Shown here one piece after another: positions 9,887 through 22,991 of a stretch of 64,000 nt of DNA. The stretch spans positions 28,110 through 92,109 of the forward strand of contig CAIMVD010000200.1 of the NCBI GenBank assembly GCA_903844815.1, written 5' to 3'. The stretch is from an uncultured Bacteroidota bacterium (GTDB lineage: Bacteria; Bacteroidota; Bacteroidia; Bacteroidales; VadinHA17). Position numbers and translations under genes: made by a program. A model generated the notes under the pieces. That model did not search any database. It saw nothing but the letters and a program-made list of their open reading frames with translations, and was not told the DNA's origin. Position 1 is the stretch's first letter; every line of letters starts with the position of its first letter.

Positions 9887-11890
9887 TTACTTCGTCCTGA
9901 ACTGCCAGGCCGGGAATCCTGCCTTATTAAAAAGGGAAGCTTCCGAACCATTTCGCCAGCAGTATCTTACCGAAACAGGTTGACTTACAGAAGGCGAAGA
10001 GACTATTACTTCGTTTTCAGCAATCTCAGCCTTTGCCTTTACCCACTTTCCATCAGTACCTGCGACTTCAAATTCATTCAGATTTTTCCCTTTTCCAACC
10101 AGTCCGTCTTCGGCATTGTCAAACTTAAGTCTTGCAAGGTTTTTTTCTATAGTAACAGATTTAAAAACAGGTCCGATACTATTGTATTTAACACCATAAT
10201 CGTTATTCAGAGCCAGCATAGCAAGTCTTTCGCCCACTCCTTTTTTGTCTGGCGGATGTATGTTCATTACAGTTGCGATATCGAGGGTCGAAACCATTCC
10301 GGTTTTGGCCAGCTTAAGGGCTTTTTCCTGTGATTCGCGCAGGAAGGCAGATTCAGTGGAGTCGACATTTGAATATACATAGGGTGCTATCTGTACAAAA
10401 TAGAAAGGAAAATCAGGAAGACCCCATTCCTCTCTCCAGTTTTGAATCATTGCAGGAAATATCTTATCATACTGTGCTGACCGGCTGACATTTGATTCTC
10501 CCTGGTACCATATGGCACCTTTTATTGTATAAGGAACAACAGGCTTTACCATACCGTTGTACAGAACAGAAGGTGTTCCTGCACCAAGTGATACAGGCCT
10601 TTTAATCGTTTTGAAGTCATTTTTTCCGAGGCCGAACAGATAAAACCTGCTGCCTGAATACTCGGCAACCGGCTGATATTTCCATTCTCCGTTAAGAGGT
10701 AGGTAGACTTTACTGTTGTTCTTCACAGTGAGTTTCATTTTTTCGGGTGCGCCGTAAATACCTCCACCGCCCTGGGTATCGATTACCCTGACTGAGATCA
10801 GGTTAGTTCCTGCTTTAACCAATGATGCAGGGACATCATAGAGCCTGTCGGCCTGCCACTTTCCGGTTTCTTCAGTAGAGCCGACAAGAGTGCCGTTAAA
10901 AAATGCACGGTCCATATCATCAATAGGACCAAGTGAAAGAATCAGATCCTTTCCGGTCATCTCCGGTCCTAATTCAACCTGTTTCCTGAACCAAACAGCT
11001 CCGTCAAATTCACCCGTCGATTTCTCAAACTGTGAAGGAAGCTCAATTACGGGCCATTCACTATCGCTATATTGTTCAGAGGAAGCGGTTTCATCATTGA
11101 ATTTCAGATCCTTATATTGATCGACACCTGCCGCTGAGGGAACTACCTGTTCCAGGCTGTGGAGCCAGGCTTCGTATACTGCCAGCAGTGGCACAGACTC
11201 TTTTATTGCTTTTATTTCAGGTACGAATTCCCCGCAATTTTCAAGCGCTGAGGATGACGTCCAGGATTCTGAAGGTGTTCCTCCCCAGGCTGATTCAATC
11301 AATCCTACAGGGACCTTTAGCTCAGAGTACAATTTCCTTCCAAAAAAAGTGGCAGTGGCGCTGAAAGGCGCTGCTGTTTCCGGACTGCTGATCTCCCATT
11401 TTCCGATGCAATCCTCAAGAGGCTCACCCGAAATCTTTTTCTGAACATTAAAAAGCCTTATCTCATTAATTGCAGATGAAGAAATTGTTTGAGAAGAGTG
11501 CATAATTGTATCATTCGGAGGCCAGCCCGCCAGTGGCATTTCCATATTCGACTGCCCGGAGCAGAACCATACTTCACCAACCAGAACATTATTAACAGTT
11601 ATTGTGGTGTCGTTGGAGGATATTTTTAAAGTATACGGACCACCAGCCTCAGGAACAGGCAATATCACCGCCCATTTTCCAGCTTCAGAGGATTTTGTTT
11701 TAGCGGACTTATTCCAGCTCGCCTCAACTGTAATTTTATGACCTGGAAGGGCTTTGCCCCAGATTTTTGCATCAGTTTTCTGTTGCAAAACCATATTATC
11801 GCCGATAAGGGACGGCAATTTCAGGTCCGACGGGCCCTGACAGCCGGTCAGAGCCAGAAAAGAAATAATTAAAATTGATAAAAATCTCAT
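9887..11890 (-). CDS. sialate O-acetylesterase-like SGNH carbohydrate acetylesterase
   Basis: Motif GEVWFCSGQSNMEMPL is characteristic of the 9-O-acetylesterase (DUF303) family. Lipobox ALTGC. Confidence 0.8.
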   Translation of the reverse strand: MRFLSILIISFLALTGCQGPSDLKLPSLIGDNMVLQQKTDAKIWGKALPGHKITVEASWNKSAKTKSSEAGKWAVILPVPEAGGPYTLKISSNDTTITVNNVLVGEVWFCSGQSNMEMPLAGWPPNDTIMHSSQTISSSAINEIRLFNVQKKISGEPLEDCIGKWEISSPETAAPFSATATFFGRKLYSELKVPVGLIESAWGGTPSESWTSSSALENCGEFVPEIKAIKESVPLLAVYEAWLHSLEQVVPSAAGVDQYKDLKFNDETASSEQYSDSEWPVIELPSQFEKSTGEFDGAVWFRKQVELGPEMTGKDLILSLGPIDDMDRAFFNGTLVGSTEETGKWQADRLYDVPASLVKAGTNLISVRVIDTQGGGGIYGAPEKMKLTVKNNSKVYLPLNGEWKYQPVAEYSGSRFYLFGLGKNDFKTIKRPVSLGAGTPSVLYNGMVKPVVPYTIKGAIWYQGESNVSRSAQYDKIFPAMIQNWREEWGLPDFPFYFVQIAPYVYSNVDSTESAFLRESQEKALKLAKTGMVSTLDIATVMNIHPPDKKGVGERLAMLALNNDYGVKYNSIGPVFKSVTIEKNLARLKFDNAEDGLVGKGKNLNEFEVAGTDGKWVKAKAEIAENEVIVSSPSVSQPVSVRYCWRNGSEASLFNKAGFPAWQFRTK

Positions 11891-11916
11891 GGTGCTTATT
11901 TATTTATAGGTTTGGG

Positions 11917-12020
11917 TTAACCACTGATGCGCAAAGTTAAAGCAGAGAGTGCTGAGGAAAAGTGAAGTTTATCAAAACTCTGCGACCTCAATTCTTTATC
12001 TCTGCGAACTTTGCGGTTAA
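11917..12020. repeat. Word-periodic inverted repeat, GCAGAG/CTCTGCG variant
   Basis: ttaacc...gcgcaaagtt aaagcagagag... on the left faces ...ctctgcgacc...tctctgcgaactttgcggttaa on the right. The TTAACC/GGTTAA ends and AACTTTGC arms are complementary. Confidence 0.7.
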
Positions 12021-12042
12021 TGGATTTCAACTTTCTTATAAT

Positions 12043-15231
<3,189 letters not shown>

Positions 15232-15256
15232 TTATCAAAAGAACAAGTCTGATTAA

Positions 15257-16387
15257 TTAAAATTGTTTCGAAAATTCTGCTTCAATCTCTACAAGGAGGT
15301 TTTCGCGGCACACATCTGCTTCGATATACACAGCGGGTGCACCAATAAAATAACTATTGCATATCTTCTTTACCTTTTCGAAGTCAGATTGTCTTTTTAC
15401 ATAGACACGCAATAAAATAAGATTGCTCAGGTCACATAAAGGCGAGCCGACAATATTATGATGGTGACTGGCTTCAACAAGTTTCATTATGTTTTCAATG
15501 GTAATTATTGTCTGCTTCTCAATGTCGTCGGCACCGATAGTATCCTGTCCAAGAATTGATGCTGTTCCGGAAATAAACAGTGTTGAATCCTTGTCACCCG
15601 AAAAGAGGACAGCCCTCTCAAACTGGGGGACCTGAACCCCCTTAAGGACCACACGTCCATATTCGTATGGTTTCACCTGATCAGGATTGTTTACCGGGAT
15701 TACCTTATGATCATCCCCTGTTATAACGGCGATACAGTCGAGGCTTATCCCACCGAATTTCATTCCAATACCGGTAGCGGCAGGAAAACCAGGCACAGTG
15801 CGATATTTTCCATATTGCCTGCTCCTTACTTTGTTGAAAATATGATAGTTTTCGCCATTCTCAGTGATCTGAGTGATCTCTCCAATAAAATTCCATTGCC
15901 TCACAATGTTATTGAACGACATCTCCTCTGTTTCCAACAGTCTCCTCATCTGATCGAAGGCTGCTTCGGCAGCTGAATCAGGATCGTCGGGGAAGAGACC
16001 ATTTCCGAAGCCCGAAGCCCACAGAACCTTAAGGGGTCCGCATGTTGCTGTAACATAATGATGCAAATCGAATGACTTGCTTTTAAAATCAAAAACTCCT
16101 TCCCTGACGAATCCTGCCTCCAACGACAGTTTACAGGGAGCCTGAGGAGGATGGGCTGTTATATTGAATGCCGGACAATGATTCCCAAAGAACCCGGTAA
16201 TAATTGATTCCAATCTGTGCCTGAGCTCTTCGGATGAATTATAATCAGGAGAATCAAAAAAAATATTAATCTTAACCAGGTGATGCCCCTCAATCCTTTC
16301 ACCCTGCAACTGCCTTAAACACTGTTCCAACTCTTCTTCCTGACTACCCCGTAGCTTAGGCAATATTATTAAATACCTGTCCAACAT
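15257..16387 (-). CDS. FkbO/Hyg5-chorismatase-like protein with C-terminal YjgF/RidA fold, cytoplasmic
   Basis: The C-terminal segment LFISGTASILGQDTIGADDIEKQTIITIENIMKLV matches the RidA/YjgF and FkbO pattern. No signal peptide. It lies 10 bp and 43 bp from the flanking GH genes. Confidence 0.5.
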   Translation of the reverse strand: MLDRYLIILPKLRGSQEEELEQCLRQLQGERIEGHHLVKINIFFDSPDYNSSEELRHRLESIITGFFGNHCPAFNITAHPPQAPCKLSLEAGFVREGVFDFKSKSFDLHHYVTATCGPLKVLWASGFGNGLFPDDPDSAAEAAFDQMRRLLETEEMSFNNIVRQWNFIGEITQITENGENYHIFNKVRSRQYGKYRTVPGFPAATGIGMKFGGISLDCIAVITGDDHKVIPVNNPDQVKPYEYGRVVLKGVQVPQFERAVLFSGDKDSTLFISGTASILGQDTIGADDIEKQTIITIENIMKLVEASHHHNIVGSPLCDLSNLILLRVYVKRQSDFEKVKKICNSYFIGAPAVYIEADVCRENLLVEIEAEFSKQF

Positions 16388-16397
16388 GTCTTTTAAG

Positions 16398-18815
16398 CTA
16401 TTCTATGACCCATTCATAAATTCCACTGGCGTAATCCTTGTTCAGCTTAACTTTAATCTTTACTGAAGATGCCTTAACCGGTTTAAAATCAATATAATCC
16501 CAATTATCCTTTGTTATTTTATATGGTGTTTTAGCAGAAACTGGCAGCCAAATATTGCCACTAAGATAAAGAATTTCCCATTCATCAGGAATTTTGCAAC
16601 CTCCATCAGGACTATCGTCATACCAGTATACTTTTGTTTTTGATATTGTAACAGGCTTATCAAAAGTATATTCAATCCACTCCCATTTATCCTTTTCAGG
16701 CCACCAGTGGTAATATGGAACGGAATGATCATTCGAATTCGAAGGCTCCAGCTGATCATTGATTGCGGTGATTTCCCTGGTCATCCTACTGGCCTTAATC
16801 GTACTTCTGTTTGCAACTGTCGGAGCAGGAAGCGGTCGGGTTGACCCAGGTGATACCGGCAGCCAGACTTTCATCTGACCTGGTCCTCTGTTATTCCAGA
16901 GAGCGTAAGGTATCAGTTTCACAGGCTCTTCTCCTAAAATCTCAATACTTCCGTCAAGGGTTCTCTTTGTCTGAAATCCTGTTGTCATGACAATTTCAGT
17001 CCCGTTAAGAATGGTGGTATCATAAACTGCCGAAAAAGATGCATCTTTTTTTATCATCAGGTTCAGCACGTTACCTGAATTATTGTCGGGCCATTCAGCG
17101 CAATAAATTATGGGTCCACGCTGGACGGCAACTTTTTCCAGGTCATCCTTGATTCTGGAATCAGCAACAACAGTCCGCACCGGCATCGGGAAATCAATAT
17201 TGACCTTGTCTCCCTGTTTCCAGTTCCTCGATATAACAACATAGCCGCTAACAGGCCTGACCAAAATATTTTCCTCATTCACACTGATCTTAACTGAATC
17301 GGCATTCTGATTATCGAACTTATAAAGTCCACCCGGGATTGCTTCATTTAGTGCCCAACCCGGGATCCTGATTTTCAGATCGAACTTTTCGTTCTTTTCA
17401 GGATTAACAGAGATCTCAACTTTTCCGTCCCAGGGGAAATTAGCCTTTTGGGAGATATTGATCTTCCTGTCGCCAACAATTATATCGGCTTCATTCGAGA
17501 TAAATAAATTGATATACAGATCTTTGTCTGTAACAGCATAAATATATCCCGGGATTGCGGGTACAAACCTTGCTACATTGGAAGGGCAGCATGCACATCC
17601 GAACCAGGCCTGCCTGCTGTTCTGTCCGCCCGATTCAAGGGGATTCGGATAGAAGAACCTGTCGCCTGAAAGCGATACGCCCGAAAGCATTGAATTGTAA
17701 AGTGTTTTTTCCAGGATGTCGTAATACTTCGATTCACCGTGAAGGAGGAAAAGCCTCTGATTTGTGAAGATATCACCTATAGAAGCACAGGTCTCGCAAT
17801 AGGCTGACATATTTGGAAGAACGAAGGGATCGGCGAAACCTTCATTGCCGCCGCTGGCCCCGATTCCTCCGGTTATATAGATCTTCCCGTAAACCAGGTC
17901 TTCCCAGATCTTTGTTATAGCATTAAGATAAGACTTATCCTTTTCGATGGCAGCTATATCAGCCATCCCCGAATACATATATGTTGCCCTGACAGAATGC
18001 CCTACGGCTTTTGTCTGGTCAACTACTTTTTGATTAGCCTGGTTGTAAGCATCTCCTTTCGGACCACGAACGTCGAGGAAGAATTTTGCAAGATCGAGAT
18101 ATTTTTTATCCCCCGTTACACGATAGAGTTTTACGAGCCCCATCTCAATGACCTGGTGGCCCGGGTAGACTTTCACCCTGTCCCAGCCAAAATCCTTGTT
18201 TACAAGATCGGCTGATTTAAGGGCAATGTCGAGCAATGTACGCTTGCCGGTTGCCTGGTAATGAGCTACAGCTGCCTCGTAGAGATGACCCAGGTTATAA
18301 AGTTCATGACTAAGGATGGAATCATTTTCCCACCGGTTTTTGCTGACCCACTCATGAAGCCCTTTTCCTCCATGCATTTCCGCAATAGTCCGGTTGGTAT
18401 AAAGGTAGCCGTCGTCTTCCTGGGCAAGGCCGATCTTGTAAATAAGAGTGTCAAGATAGAATTCCAGCTTAGGATCAGGAAAGGTCTGAAGCGAATAACT
18501 GGCACCTTCAATGATTTTGAAAACATCGGAATCATCAAATGGGTAAATTGTCTGGAATTTCCCGGTATCTAGGCCACCGGCTATTTCGAAGTTTTTCACC
18601 CTGCCGGTCGATTCACAATAGCCAAATGCGATTGGAATTGTGACAGAAGCATTTTTCCTGATACGCGGAGCCCAGAAGTTATCAGTCAGGCTGACGGAAG
18701 TGAATGAAACAGGCTGAATTGGATAATCGGCAACAACCGGTGTTTTTTCTGCACATCCTGAAATGAGTAATACAATTCCTGAAACCGCGAATATTAACTT
18801 GAAGAGTACGTTCAT
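16398..18815 (-). CDS. beta-L-arabinofuranosidase, GH127 (DUF1680), lipoprotein, with C-terminal discoidin-like module
   Basis: The GH127 Zn/Cys site motifs are present (CETCAS and FGCACCPSNVARF). Lipobox LISGC. Confidence 0.85.
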   Translation of the reverse strand: MNVLFKLIFAVSGIVLLISGCAEKTPVVADYPIQPVSFTSVSLTDNFWAPRIRKNASVTIPIAFGYCESTGRVKNFEIAGGLDTGKFQTIYPFDDSDVFKIIEGASYSLQTFPDPKLEFYLDTLIYKIGLAQEDDGYLYTNRTIAEMHGGKGLHEWVSKNRWENDSILSHELYNLGHLYEAAVAHYQATGKRTLLDIALKSADLVNKDFGWDRVKVYPGHQVIEMGLVKLYRVTGDKKYLDLAKFFLDVRGPKGDAYNQANQKVVDQTKAVGHSVRATYMYSGMADIAAIEKDKSYLNAITKIWEDLVYGKIYITGGIGASGGNEGFADPFVLPNMSAYCETCASIGDIFTNQRLFLLHGESKYYDILEKTLYNSMLSGVSLSGDRFFYPNPLESGGQNSRQAWFGCACCPSNVARFVPAIPGYIYAVTDKDLYINLFISNEADIIVGDRKINISQKANFPWDGKVEISVNPEKNEKFDLKIRIPGWALNEAIPGGLYKFDNQNADSVKISVNEENILVRPVSGYVVISRNWKQGDKVNIDFPMPVRTVVADSRIKDDLEKVAVQRGPIIYCAEWPDNNSGNVLNLMIKKDASFSAVYDTTILNGTEIVMTTGFQTKRTLDGSIEILGEEPVKLIPYALWNNRGPGQMKVWLPVSPGSTRPLPAPTVANRSTIKASRMTREITAINDQLEPSNSNDHSVPYYHWWPEKDKWEWIEYTFDKPVTISKTKVYWYDDSPDGGCKIPDEWEILYLSGNIWLPVSAKTPYKITKDNWDYIDFKPVKASSVKIKVKLNKDYASGIYEWVIE

Positions 18816-18820
18816 AACTA

Positions 18821-20398
18821 TTATTTTGTAAGTTCCAAAACTACAACAGATTTAGATGGCATTGTCACGGTTAACAGTCCATCTTTCAGCAAAAATCCGC
18901 TGAAAGCTGCAGGTTTAACCGTTTCGGGCTTATCAAAGCCATTAAAAGAATTCATTTCCGGAGCAGTAAGCACTTCTCCCTTTGCTTTTTTATAGGTTTC
19001 TCCGATTAAAGGACAGGTAACAACAACAGCTTTGCCCGGATTCAGGTTTGCAATAGAAATATGCACTTTACCCTCATTATCAACAGATGCTGAAGCAGAT
19101 ACGGAAGGGATTCTTTTTTCTCCATTTGTATAATCCTCACATCTGAGATCAATATTGAGAAGCCTTGCCTCCTGATGTACGCGGAACATCCTGAATACGT
19201 GATAGGTCGGAGTAAGAACCATTTTGTCGTCTTTGGTTAGTATCACCGACTGGAGCACGTTCACAATCTGTGCAAGGTTAGCAACCTTCACCCTGTCGGC
19301 ATGCTGATTGAAAATATTCAAATGTATTGCAGCGGTAATTGCATCGCGCATAGTATTCTGCTGGTACAGGAAACCGGGATTTGTTCCGGGTTCTACATTG
19401 AACCAGTTTCCCCATTCATCAACCACCAGTCCTTTGGTTTTCTGAGGATCGTATCGGTCCATTATTGCTGAATGGCCTTTTATGATCTTATCCATCTGAA
19501 GATTCATTCTCATGGTTTCGAACCATTCGCGCTCATCGAATTTAGTGGCGGAGCCCTTATAGCCCCATCCGTCAACTATGGAATAATAGTGTATCGATAA
19601 ACCCTGAAATCTATCCCTGGTGCCGCCATCCTTCATGAGTGTTTCTGTCCATCCAAAGTTGAAATCGGAAGGACCGCAAGCCACCCTGTAGAGCTGGTTT
19701 CCGGCATAATTACCAAGGTAGGTTGAGAATTGGCGCATTGTATTTGCATAGAATTCGTCGGTCATATTTCCTCCGCAACCCCAGTTTTCGTTACCGATAG
19801 CAAAATACTTCACTATCCATGGCTGTTCCCGGCCATTTTCCTTACGAAGCTTAGTCATCGGGCTTTCAGAATCCGATGTAAGATATTCGACCCATTCCGC
19901 CATTTCCCTGGGAGAACCGGAACCTACGTTTCCATTAATATAAGCATCACAGCCAAGCAGTTCGGTAAGCTTCATGAACTCATGTGTTCCGAATGAGTTA
20001 TCTTCAGTTACACCTCCCCAGTTGGTATTCACAATTGATGCCCGTTTCTCTTGCGGGCCAATTCCGTCTTTCCAGTGGTAAGTATCCGCAAAACAACCTC
20101 CCGGCCAGCGAAGGTTGGGGACTTTTATCTCGCGCAATGCGAACAGGACATCATTCCTGATACCATATGTATTTGGTATTTTCGAATCGGCACCGACCCA
20201 TATTCCACCATAAATACAGGATCCCAGATGCTCCGAGAAGTGACCATAGATATCTTTGCTGATGACAGGTCCGGGATGGTTTGCCACAACGACCAGCTGA
20301 TTTACCGAAACAAGATTCTCCTTCTGTCCGCTTGCAGTGAATGTTGCAAGGAAAAGTACAGTCAGGAATGCAGAAAGTGTTTTTTTCATGATATGCAT
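18821..20398 (-). CDS. alpha-L-arabinofuranosidase, GH51, secreted
   Basis: Motifs NLRWPGGCFADTYHWKDGIGP and FAIGNENWGCGG. Signal peptide present. The start could instead be the ATG at 20389. Confidence 0.9.
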   Translation of the reverse strand: MHIMKKTLSAFLTVLFLATFTASGQKENLVSVNQLVVVANHPGPVISKDIYGHFSEHLGSCIYGGIWVGADSKIPNTYGIRNDVLFALREIKVPNLRWPGGCFADTYHWKDGIGPQEKRASIVNTNWGGVTEDNSFGTHEFMKLTELLGCDAYINGNVGSGSPREMAEWVEYLTSDSESPMTKLRKENGREQPWIVKYFAIGNENWGCGGNMTDEFYANTMRQFSTYLGNYAGNQLYRVACGPSDFNFGWTETLMKDGGTRDRFQGLSIHYYSIVDGWGYKGSATKFDEREWFETMRMNLQMDKIIKGHSAIMDRYDPQKTKGLVVDEWGNWFNVEPGTNPGFLYQQNTMRDAITAAIHLNIFNQHADRVKVANLAQIVNVLQSVILTKDDKMVLTPTYHVFRMFRVHQEARLLNIDLRCEDYTNGEKRIPSVSASASVDNEGKVHISIANLNPGKAVVVTCPLIGETYKKAKGEVLTAPEMNSFNGFDKPETVKPAAFSGFLLKDGLLTVTMPSKSVVVLELTK

Positions 20399-20422
20399 TT
20401 TATTCTATTTATGTTACTGTCA

Positions 20423-20479
20423 TTTGTGATCTGCGTATTGTTTTAATGCCACGAAGGCGCGAAGACGCTAAGGATCAAA
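20423..20479. repeat. Short degenerate member of the CCTTCGTG/CACGAAGG repeat type
   Basis: tttgtgatctgcgt... faces ...ccacgaaggcgcgaagacgctaaggatcaaa. It shares the ccacgaagg and ctaagg words with the 424-524 element. Arm pairing is only partial. Confidence 0.4.
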
Positions 20480-20484
20480 TATGG

Positions 20485-22155
20485 TTACATACCAAACTCG
20501 ATCAGATTGCCAAGTTTCTTATACTTTTCGAACAGGGCTTCATATTTTTCAGCTCTGACCGGGTCGGGCTGGTATTCCTTTTCAGAACCTCCGCCCATTG
20601 CTGTCTGAGCCGAGGAGATGTCGGGATGTATACCGGCAACCACGGAAGCTGCCATTGCCGAACCAAGTGCACAAGTCTGATCAGAACTTGCCACCCTGAT
20701 TGGCATATTGAGAACGTCGGCAACTATCTGCATCACGAATGGATTCTTTTTCGCAACCCCTCCGATAGCAATAACTTCGTCGATACGTACTCCTTCGGAA
20801 ACAAACCTTTCATTAATCATTTTCGATCCGAATGCCGTTGCTTCAACAAGGGCCCTGAAGATCCTCGGAGCATCCGATCCGAGAGAGAGACCGGTGATTA
20901 ATCCTTTAAGATTCTGATTGGCATCGGGTGTGCGCCTTCCATTCATCCAGTCGAGGGCGAGTATTGAAGTTTCTTCAACAGGGATGGACTCTGCCTGTTT
21001 GCTTAATTCCGCAATCATCCGGCCCGAAGCTTCCTCAGCTATCCTCGTTCTGGATGATTCGTCCAGCCAGGTCATTTCACCAATAAGGTTAGTTACAGGC
21101 CACATAAGCAGGTTGCTGAACCATGCGTAAATATCGCCGAATGCCGATTGTCCGGCTTCAAGACCAACCATACCCGGAACTATCGACCCGTCGACCTGAC
21201 CACAAATACCGGCAACAAGCCTGTCGCCAAACTCTTCGGCAGGTATTATAATCATGTCGCATGTTGAAGTTCCCATGACCTTTACGAGGTGGTATGGTTT
21301 GATCTCACCGCCCACTGCTCCAAGATGAGCATCGAACGATCCTGCTCCGACCTTAACGTCAGTTGTCAATCCGAGTTTTGCTGCCCATTCGGGTGAGAGG
21401 TTCCCTGCGACAACATCGCAGGTATAAGTTTCTTTATATAAACGCTCCCTTAAACCCGAGAGCAGGGGATCAAGCATTGATAGGAATTCCTCATCGGGAA
21501 GGCCATTAAAATCTTCGTGCCACATAGCCTTATGACCGGCTGCACACCGGCTTCTTTTAAGCTGAAGCGGATCTGTGTTACCTGTAAGAAGTGCCGGTAT
21601 CCAGTCACAATGCTCTACCCAGGAGAAGGCATTCTTCCTCACCTCTTCACTGTTGCGAAGAACATGCAACACCTTGGCCCAGAACCATTCCGATGAGTAA
21701 ATACCGCCTTCATATTTGGTAAAGTCGGTGCCTCCCCATTTTCCTGAGAGCTCATTTATCTCCGAAGCCTCTTTCACGCCTGTATGGTCTTTCCACAGTA
21801 CGAACATTGCATCAGGATTTTCTGCAAATTCAGGCTTTAACGACAGGGGTACTCCTTCGCTGTCAACAGCAACAGGAGTTGATCCGGTGGTGTCGACCGA
21901 GATTCCTGCAATATTTTTTACTGTTTCATCTGATAAACCTGCAAGAGCCTCTTTTACTGAATGTTCCAGCCCTTCTACATAGTCGAGGGGGTGCTGCCTG
22001 AAACGGTTTCCCGAAGGATCGCAGTAGAGACCCTTTTTCCATCGCGGATATTCAAATACCGATGAGCCAACAATATTACCAGTTGAAGCATTTGCAACAA
22101 CCGACCGGACCGAATCGGTTCCGTAATCAATCCCAATAACATATTTATCAGCCAT
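20485..22155 (-). CDS. araB: ribulokinase
   Basis: FGGY kinase N-terminus YVIGIDYGTDSVR. Length 556 aa. Adjacent to araD and araA. Confidence 0.9.
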   Translation of the reverse strand: MADKYVIGIDYGTDSVRSVVANASTGNIVGSSVFEYPRWKKGLYCDPSGNRFRQHPLDYVEGLEHSVKEALAGLSDETVKNIAGISVDTTGSTPVAVDSEGVPLSLKPEFAENPDAMFVLWKDHTGVKEASEINELSGKWGGTDFTKYEGGIYSSEWFWAKVLHVLRNSEEVRKNAFSWVEHCDWIPALLTGNTDPLQLKRSRCAAGHKAMWHEDFNGLPDEEFLSMLDPLLSGLRERLYKETYTCDVVAGNLSPEWAAKLGLTTDVKVGAGSFDAHLGAVGGEIKPYHLVKVMGTSTCDMIIIPAEEFGDRLVAGICGQVDGSIVPGMVGLEAGQSAFGDIYAWFSNLLMWPVTNLIGEMTWLDESSRTRIAEEASGRMIAELSKQAESIPVEETSILALDWMNGRRTPDANQNLKGLITGLSLGSDAPRIFRALVEATAFGSKMINERFVSEGVRIDEVIAIGGVAKKNPFVMQIVADVLNMPIRVASSDQTCALGSAMAASVVAGIHPDISSAQTAMGGGSEKEYQPDPVRAEKYEALFEKYKKLGNLIEFGM

Positions 22156-22220
22156 ATCCTGGTTTTTATAAGTTATGTATGTTAAAAATAACGTTTCGTT
22201 TCTATTTTACCCGGAGATAA

Positions 22221-22913
22221 TTAATTTCTATCCTGTCCATAATAAGCTCCTGTTCCATGCTTCCTTTTAAAATGCTTATCGAGAAGAGAATTTGCAACGG
22301 GTTCTTCCTTTCCCAGGAGGACTGTCATAAAAGCCATTCTGGCAATCTCTTCGAGGGCGACTGCATTATATACTGCATCAGCAGCATCCTTTCCCCAGCA
22401 AAAAGGCCCATGCCCTCTTACGAGTGCTGAGGGAACTGAAAAAGGATCAAAACCTATAAGGGCTTCCACGATGATATTGCCCGTATTGGCTTCATATTCA
22501 TTTTCTATTTCAATGTCGGTCAGCAACCTGGTACAAGGCACCTCACCATAAAAGTGATCAGCATGCGTCGTTCCAAGGGGTGGGATTGCCCTTCCTGCCT
22601 GAGCCCAGGAGGTAGCATGTGAGGAATGAGTGTGAACAATTCCTCCTACATTTATAAAAGCTTTGTAAAGAACCAGGTGGGTGGGAGCATCGGTTGAAGG
22701 TCTGTATTCTCCGTCAACAACCTTCCCTTCGCTGTCGAGAACTACCATATCGTCAGGCTGCATCGTATCATAGCTTATTCCGGATGGCTTAATCACAATA
22801 AAGCCACTCTCGGGATCCCTCCCGCTGACATTGCCCCAGGTATGAATGACAAGACCATGACGCACCAGATCCATATTAGCCTTAAAAACCTCTTCCTTTA
22901 ACTTTTCAAGCAT
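22221..22913 (-). CDS. araD: L-ribulose-5-phosphate 4-epimerase
   Basis: Class II aldolase/epimerase pattern (IVHTHSSHATSWAQAG). Length 230 aa. Arabinose gene context. Confidence 0.9.
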   Translation of the reverse strand: MLEKLKEEVFKANMDLVRHGLVIHTWGNVSGRDPESGFIVIKPSGISYDTMQPDDMVVLDSEGKVVDGEYRPSTDAPTHLVLYKAFINVGGIVHTHSSHATSWAQAGRAIPPLGTTHADHFYGEVPCTRLLTDIEIENEYEANTGNIIVEALIGFDPFSVPSALVRGHGPFCWGKDAADAVYNAVALEEIARMAFMTVLLGKEEPVANSLLDKHFKRKHGTGAYYGQDRN

Positions 22914-22954
22914 ATTTCAGTAATTCTAAACCCATAACTAATCACTCCATCAAC

Positions 22955-22990
22955 TTTAGACACTTTAGACACTCCAGACACTTTAGGCAC
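22955..22990. repeat. Tandem 9-bp direct repeat array (TTTAGACAC x4, two variants)
   Basis: The array reads tttagacac|tttagacac|tccagacac|tttaggcac. It ends 1 bp from the stop codon of the Nudix regulator gene. I found no inverted partner arm. Confidence 0.75.
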
Positions 22991-22991
22991 T

